Positions 57,281-64,000 of a stretch of 64,000 nt of DNA are shown here, one piece after another. Location: the NCBI GenBank assembly GCA_964016885.1, contig OZ024750.1:45074001-45138000 (forward strand), read 5' to 3'. The notes beneath the pieces were generated by a model. It was not told where the DNA came from and did not search any database. It was given only the letters and a program-made list of their open reading frames with translations. Origin of the DNA: Eledone cirrhosa. Its lineage: Eukaryota. Each line of letters begins with the position of its first letter. Position 1 is the stretch's first letter. Position numbers and translations under genes: made by a program.

Positions 57281-59722
57281 ATGGAAAAACAATATTTAGG
57301 AACCTCCTTAAAAAACATACCAATACCTTCTAAGGACGACTTCTTACTCCTTATGATTCAGAAAACTAATAATTTTATCAGAAGGGTTAGATGGAGAGCC
57401 TACCACTTTGATAGAAAATCTAAACAAGCAGATCGGAAATATATGTATGATTTCAACACTTACAAGAATCCACCACACAACTTTTTACTTGAAGACTTCG
57501 AGAAAGACCTTTTTAATTTAATTAAACATCTCAAATTTAAAAAGTATAAATCCGTCTTTCAAAAGGACCTTGATTCTACCCTATTGGACCTAAAAAAGTC
57601 TAAAAAAATCCATGTCCACTCGGACAAAACTGGTAACTTGTATCATATGGATATTGAACATTATAATGAGTTCATATATAAAGAACTCAGAAAAAGTTAT
57701 AAAAAATCTAATAACGCGTCACTCACCAACATCAACAACAAAACACACAACATAGTAAAAAAACTAAATATTGAAGATAGAACTGAACCTTTGGCATTGA
57801 GAAGTCCACACTTTAACCTGAAAGATCACAAATCTAACTTTAACTCTAATCCTTCTATTAGACTTATATGTCCCTCCAAATCAGATATTGGAATAATTAG
57901 CAAAAAAATTTTAGATAGAGTCATCCCACAAATAAGAAAATACGTTATTTTACCACTCTGGGAAAACACCTCCCAGGTAATTAATTGGTTTAAAAATATT
58001 AGGTGTAAATCTTCTGCTTCTTTCCTACAGTTTGATATAGATAACTATTATTCTTCTATATCACCCATACTCCTGAACAAAGCATTAATATTTGCTAAAA
58101 ATAGATCTAATTTAACTTCGGATGACATTAACATTATTATACATGCTAGACAAACACTTATTGAATTTCAGAATGAATACTGGACCAGAAACACTTATAG
58201 TAATCTTTTTGATATTACTATGGGTTCAAGCGATTCTGCCCAAATTACTGATCTTGTGGGCCTCTTTCTCCTTTTCAACATAAATGCCTCTTTTCCCCAC
58301 CTCAAAGGTGGTTTATATCGTGATGACTGTCTTCTTCTTTCTAACAACCTTAGCCTTTCAGAAATCGAAAAAAACAAAAAGCATATTAGAACTTTCCTTA
58401 AGGACTATTATAATCTTAATATTACTTTTGAAAAAACAAGTAAAGTAGTAAATTTCCTAGATATAACTTTAGATTTAGCTACGGGTATATACCAACCTTA
58501 CCATAAACCTAACCAAAACTTACATTACATACACTCACAATCTAATCACCCTAAATCTATCCTTAAAAACCTTGCATATAATATATCACTTAGAATTTCT
58601 AACCTTTCTTCTAACCAAGATGTATTTGATAAAAATGCGACCTTTTATAATGAAGCTCTAGTTAGAAGTGGCCACAAAAATAGATTAGAGTATATAACTT
58701 CTACTAAAAATACTGAAAAAATACAGCATAATATTACCAACAAACACCAAATGAAAGGTACACACCTAAATGCCACCCACAGTATACCCCAAAATACTAA
58801 ATCTTCTAATATAAAGTATAGTAACCCTCAAAAAACTACTCATCATAAGACTATAATAAATATTAATAATAAAACTCCTAATAAAAAAGATAAAACACCT
58901 AAATCTACAAATATAACTAAAAATAGTTGTGGTGAGATCATTAACATTATTCCTCCTAGTAAAAATCATGATACAACATATAAAAATAATAAAAATAATA
59001 AACAACATAGAAACCGTAATAGACGAGTTACTTGGTATAATGCTCCTTTTAATTTACAAGTTAAGGATAATATTGCTAAAAAATTTTTTTATATCCTTGA
59101 GAAAAACTTCCCGCCAAACCACAAATACCATCAAATCTTAAATAGGTCTACAGTTAAATTCTCATATTCTACAACAAATAACATAAAACAAAATATAAGT
59201 GCATATAATGCATATAAATGTAAGAAAACTATAAGTATACCACCAGTACATCAAATTAACAATAATATCTCCTCAAATACAGAATTAACGAAAGGATGTA
59301 ACTGTAGAAACAAAACAAACTGCCCATTAAAAGGGAATTGTCTTGTTAACAACATAGTCTATAAATGTAATGTTAAAACTAAAGATTCTATTTGCTCATA
59401 TATAGGAGCTACCTCTAACAATTTTAAGACAAGGTATAATACCCACAAACATAGCTTTAAAAATGCCGCACTGGCTAATACAACATCTCTAGCAGAAAAA
59501 ATCAATAGTTATAAAAATAAAAATATAAAATATGATTTGACCTGGAGTGTGCTCAAAAGAGCCACCCCTTATCAAAATAATAGAAAGGAATGTAGATTAT
59601 GTTCCCAAGAACTATTTGAAATAATGAAGTCTAGGGATATCTTATTAAATAAAAGACAGGAATTAATTATATCGTGTAATCATAAACTAAAAAAAACATT
59701 TAAATATTATAAACCTAATTAA
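57281..59722 (+). CDS. PLE reverse transcriptase + C-terminal GIY-YIG endonuclease, 813 aa from the first ATG (Hydra-clade-like)
   Basis: Same motifs as the minus-strand copy; uninterrupted ORF (the ORF track starts at an upstream TTG, 57260). Confidence 0.95.
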   Translation: MEKQYLGTSLKNIPIPSKDDFLLLMIQKTNNFIRRVRWRAYHFDRKSKQADRKYMYDFNTYKNPPHNFLLEDFEKDLFNLIKHLKFKKYKSVFQKDLDSTLLDLKKSKKIHVHSDKTGNLYHMDIEHYNEFIYKELRKSYKKSNNASLTNINNKTHNIVKKLNIEDRTEPLALRSPHFNLKDHKSNFNSNPSIRLICPSKSDIGIISKKILDRVIPQIRKYVILPLWENTSQVINWFKNIRCKSSASFLQFDIDNYYSSISPILLNKALIFAKNRSNLTSDDINIIIHARQTLIEFQNEYWTRNTYSNLFDITMGSSDSAQITDLVGLFLLFNINASFPHLKGGLYRDDCLLLSNNLSLSEIEKNKKHIRTFLKDYYNLNITFEKTSKVVNFLDITLDLATGIYQPYHKPNQNLHYIHSQSNHPKSILKNLAYNISLRISNLSSNQDVFDKNATFYNEALVRSGHKNRLEYITSTKNTEKIQHNITNKHQMKGTHLNATHSIPQNTKSSNIKYSNPQKTTHHKTIININNKTPNKKDKTPKSTNITKNSCGEIINIIPPSKNHDTTYKNNKNNKQHRNRNRRVTWYNAPFNLQVKDNIAKKFFYILEKNFPPNHKYHQILNRSTVKFSYSTTNNIKQNISAYNAYKCKKTISIPPVHQINNNISSNTELTKGCNCRNKTNCPLKGNCLVNNIVYKCNVKTKDSICSYIGATSNNFKTRYNTHKHSFKNAALANTTSLAEKINSYKNKNIKYDLTWSVLKRATPYQNNRKECRLCSQELFEIMKSRDILLNKRQELIISCNHKLKKTFKYYKPN

Positions 59723-60981
59723 TAACATTATTCTAGAATTTAATTTAATTTAAATGTTAGTTAACCTATAAATTTAATTTAATTAATATTTTATTACAGA
59801 TGAGAAAATATTATGTAATCATTAATTTTGAAAAACCTTTAAATATTACTAATATATATTCAGTAATTTAATTTATAGATTAATTTTAACTTATTTTAAC
59901 CTTTTATTATAATTTTTTAATTTAGTTTAACCTTTTATTATAAAATTTTTTTTATTATAATTCTTTTACAGATAAAATATAACAAAATAATATCATGTAT
60001 CCTATGACGGAGAAAGAATTTTTAGTATTATTGACCTAATTAATATACATTTTGGAAATATATTTATTATTTGGTTTTAGCTTTAATCAACCTAAAACTT
60101 TAATTTTAATTTTAATTTGCTTAAAATTAGTATCCTTGTACAGACGAATTGCAGAATTTCATGTAATCATAGAATGGGAGGTGTTTTTGGATATATACCT
60201 AGTTAATATATTCTGTGCAAATTTTTTGGAAAAGATATGTATATCTATATGTATATGTATATGTGTGTATTGTATGTGTATCTGTATGTATATTTATGTG
60301 ACTATATATGTATGTACGTGTGTATATATGTGTATATATATATATATATATGTGTATGTATATGTATATGTATGTGTATGTGTATGTATATGTATGTGTA
60401 TGCGTATTAATTTTGATTTTTATTTGCATATAATTATATTATGCTATTGATGAAATACAATATCTGCTTTATGTATTGTATACCTAATTAACATATACTA
60501 ATTAACATATACTATTGAAATAAATATATAATTTTTAACTTAGTTTACATATAATTTATATGCTACTACCGATGTAATACTTTATTTTATTTTTATTTGG
60601 GTTTCTTTTCCCTATTATTAACTTTAATTTAGTTATAATGTAATTAATAATCTACTACTGTTTGACTTCATAATTCTGCTTCAAATATTATAAACCTAAC
60701 TAATTTACACCTTGGAAATCAATATGTTGACTATCTTTGGTTTAGTTGACATATGATTAATGGTATACTTTTTTATTTTGTGATGCATAGATTTCGTATT
60801 TCCTAGCATTGAAAATATGTAAGAACATACATTGAATTAAGATATGGAAAATATTATAGGTTTCTTGAAACATATATTTACTTTGATCCCCTTCTCCAAA
60901 CCCCCCCCTTTCCCCCATACTATTATCATCTGTTTTTGTAAGTGTATATGTATGAATATATGGGTAGATGGGTGTCTATAT

Positions 60982-61012
<31 letters not shown>

Positions 61013-61431
61013 GGTATTTATTTCTAGATATAAAAATACATATATGAGCATGTAAATATGAATGTAAGATTGAGTGTGTATATATGATTGTACATACATA
61101 TGTATGTATATGTATGTATATATATGTATTATATATGTACGTGTATGTGAATGTGTGGTATATATATGTGTAGGTATATGTATATATGTGTGCGTATGTG
61201 TATGCTTGTATATAGGAATATATATGTGTGTATATATGTATATATGTATATGCGTGTTTGCATGTATGTGTACATGGGTTCTGTATATATTTGTATGTCT
61301 CTCTATTTATATGTTTATCTTCGTATCTATGTGATATATGTGTGTGTGTGTGCATGTATGCATATGTATGTGTTTGTGTGTGTTTGTATGTGTGTGTGTA
61401 TATATATGTATGTATTTGCGCACACTCACAT

Positions 61432-61466
<35 letters not shown>

Positions 61467-61738
61467 AGTGTGTATGTGTGTCTGTATATGTGTGCGTGTG
61501 TATATATGTGTATATATATATATATATGTGTATGTATGTGTATGTGTGTGTATATAGATATATATGTATATATATATATGTATATATATATATATGTGTA
61601 TATAGGTGTCTATGTGTGAATATATGTCTTTATTCGTATGTGTGTATTTATATATGTTTATATTTAGGTGTATGTATGTATGTGTATGTATGTATGTATA
61701 TGTATGTGTATGTATGTATATGTGTATATGTGTGTATA

Positions 61739-61769
<31 letters not shown>

Positions 61770-61865
61770 TATTCTTTATTATTATTGTAATATAACTTAT
61801 GTGTATATGTGTATAAGTGAGGTTGTGTATGTATATATACTATGTGTATATATAAGGGTAATGAA

Positions 61866-61900
<35 letters not shown>

Positions 61901-62003
61901 CATGTCTGTATTTTATGTGTGTGTGTATATATATATATATGTGTATGTGTGTATGTGTGTATGTATATATGCATATATGTGTACGTGTGCGTATGTTTAT
62001 ATA

Positions 62004-62046
<43 letters not shown>

Positions 62047-62156
62047 GGATGTTTGTATGTGTTTTCATGGTGGTATGAGTGTGGGATATATATGTTTATG
62101 TATAAGTATATGTATGTGTATGTATATATATGTGAGTCTATGTGTGTGTGTGTATA

Positions 62157-62203
<47 letters not shown>

Positions 62204-62969
62204 ATGTGTGTATGTGTTGCGCGTGTGTGTGTCCGTATTTTTATCTTTTTATATGTGTATGTGTATGTTCGTGTAAATGTATGTGTGTGTAGGACAGTAT
62301 AGGTATGTGTGTATGTATGTATGTGTAGATATCTCTATGTGCGCGTACATGTACGTATGTGTATGTATATCTGTATGCGTTTGTACATTATATTATGTAA
62401 TATATTTTATTGTTTTTATTTTTTTATTTTTCATAATTTATAGATACATTTATATTAGGCTGTCTGGTCTGACAACCTAATACTGACCCCTCCCCCCCCT
62501 CCCACCTAATTTCTGTATCTTGATCTTGAAATGTGTGTACCAGTGTGTTTATGTGAGTGACTTAATTTCTATTTGCTTATGATTTTATATCCACATATAT
62601 AAATGTGAGTGGGGGGTGTGTGTGTGTTTGTGTGTTCGTGGTTATGTGTATATTTATATATATACGCACATGTATGTGTGATTATACTGATATGTGTGAG
62701 TATGAAAAAAATATATTTATATGCTTGACTACATAAGTATCATTGCGTATCTTATCAGCGCATTAAGCTTACAGAGATATTAACCTTGAAATTTTTTATT
62801 TGCATCCATCTTTTTAGTATGCACATACATATTATACACACATTATTGTAAAATGTGTGTAGGGTTTTACATGTATATACACACACCAAACTGTTTTTTA
62901 ACCCTTTGTGTTTTCATTGGTCAATTTTGAACTGATATTTTGAATTGTTGTTATTATCAATAAATATAC

Positions 62970-63124
62970 TTCATTATTTCTGAAGACGGCGTATATATGA
63001 GTTAGGTATGTATATTTAATCTTGATAATTTGTATAATTTTGTATAATTTTGTACATAGATCTGTTAAATATGCATACCAATTATAGCACATATATGCCC
63101 TAGAAACGATCGTTAAATAGTGAA
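62970..63124 (+). ncRNA. Type I hammerhead ribozyme with extended stem II (copy 4)
   Basis: Same sequence as 56781-56935. Confidence 0.8.
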
Positions 63125-63169
63125 CTTTTTTTGTTTAATATAAGGAATTGTTTGTTCATTATTTGTTTA

Positions 63170-63215
<46 letters not shown>

Positions 63216-63254
63216 TATATATACATACACATACATCCAGATACACACACACAT

Positions 63255-63352
<98 letters not shown>

Positions 63353-63881
63353 CCCCACACATACATACACACACACATATATATATACATACACACATAC
63401 AAACATACACACACACACACACACACATATATATACACACATACACACACATATATATACACACACACACACACACATGCATATATATATATATATACAC
63501 ATACGCATACATCCAGATACCCACATACATACACACACACACACACACACGCACACACAATACATACATCCACATGCACACACATACTCACACACACACA
63601 CACACACATACATACACCCACACACAGAGAAATGGCCTTCAAATATATATATATATATATATACATACAGACACATATATTTTTTCCATAATATAAGAAG
63701 TTGGGGCAGTGAAATTAAAATAATTCTGTGTGCGCATATATATATAGATATACGTGTGTGCACGTGCAGGGTTTAACATGGATGTGTTGGTCACACAAAG
63801 GCATGGTCTGTCAATGAATAAACCTGATTCTACAGAATTGGTCTCTGGTCTTTAATAGTAGTGATTCCGTGCGTATGTGTG

Positions 63882-63935
<54 letters not shown>

Positions 63936-64000
63936 ATGTGTATATATATGTGTGTGTGTGTGTATGTGTGTATGTATATGTATGTGTGTGTGTATGTATG

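Larger units (their letters stand above)
53020..63178 (+). mobile_element. PLE tandem array, right arm (~1.65 units) ending at the short terminus
   Basis: 53020-56989 repeats at 59212-63178; ends ...ATATTTTAT into (AT)n. Confidence 0.95.

Noticed and set aside
57260-59722. Selenocysteine recoding as reported for some PLEs
   Set aside because: The ORF has no in-frame TGA and ends in TAA
42578-63178. DNA transposon with giant TIRs, or an LTR retrotransposon
   Set aside because: The repeats comprise the whole RT/GIY-YIG unit; there is no transposase, integrase, gag, PBS or TG..CA end

Overview
AT-rich, microsatellite-saturated animal genomic DNA. The repeat content is typical of an octopus/cephalopod genome (inference). 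No host protein-coding gene is securely identifiable, and almost all ORF-track entries are translations of (TA)n/(CA)n/(GA)n or trinucleotide repeats. The main feature is a ~20.6-kb head-to-head palindrome (42578-63178) inserted in (TA)n. It is built from a young Penelope-like retroelement (PLE) with a ~6.19-kb unit and two intact RT + C-terminal GIY-YIG ORFs (CxCx5Cx5C linker, Hydra-clade-like). Each arm holds about 1.65-1.7 tandem units, and each unit carries a type I hammerhead ribozyme with an unusually long stem II. The rest of the window contains about a dozen small PLE-end relics of several other families, all in (TA)n. Several retain hammerhead cores and repeat the same asymmetric fold-back architecture: one arm ends at a short terminus and the other at a longer terminus. 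Also present are many tRNA-derived SINEs, RTE and CR1-type LINE 3' ends, a hAT MITE with an 8-bp TSD, a piggyBac-like MITE and several minisatellites.
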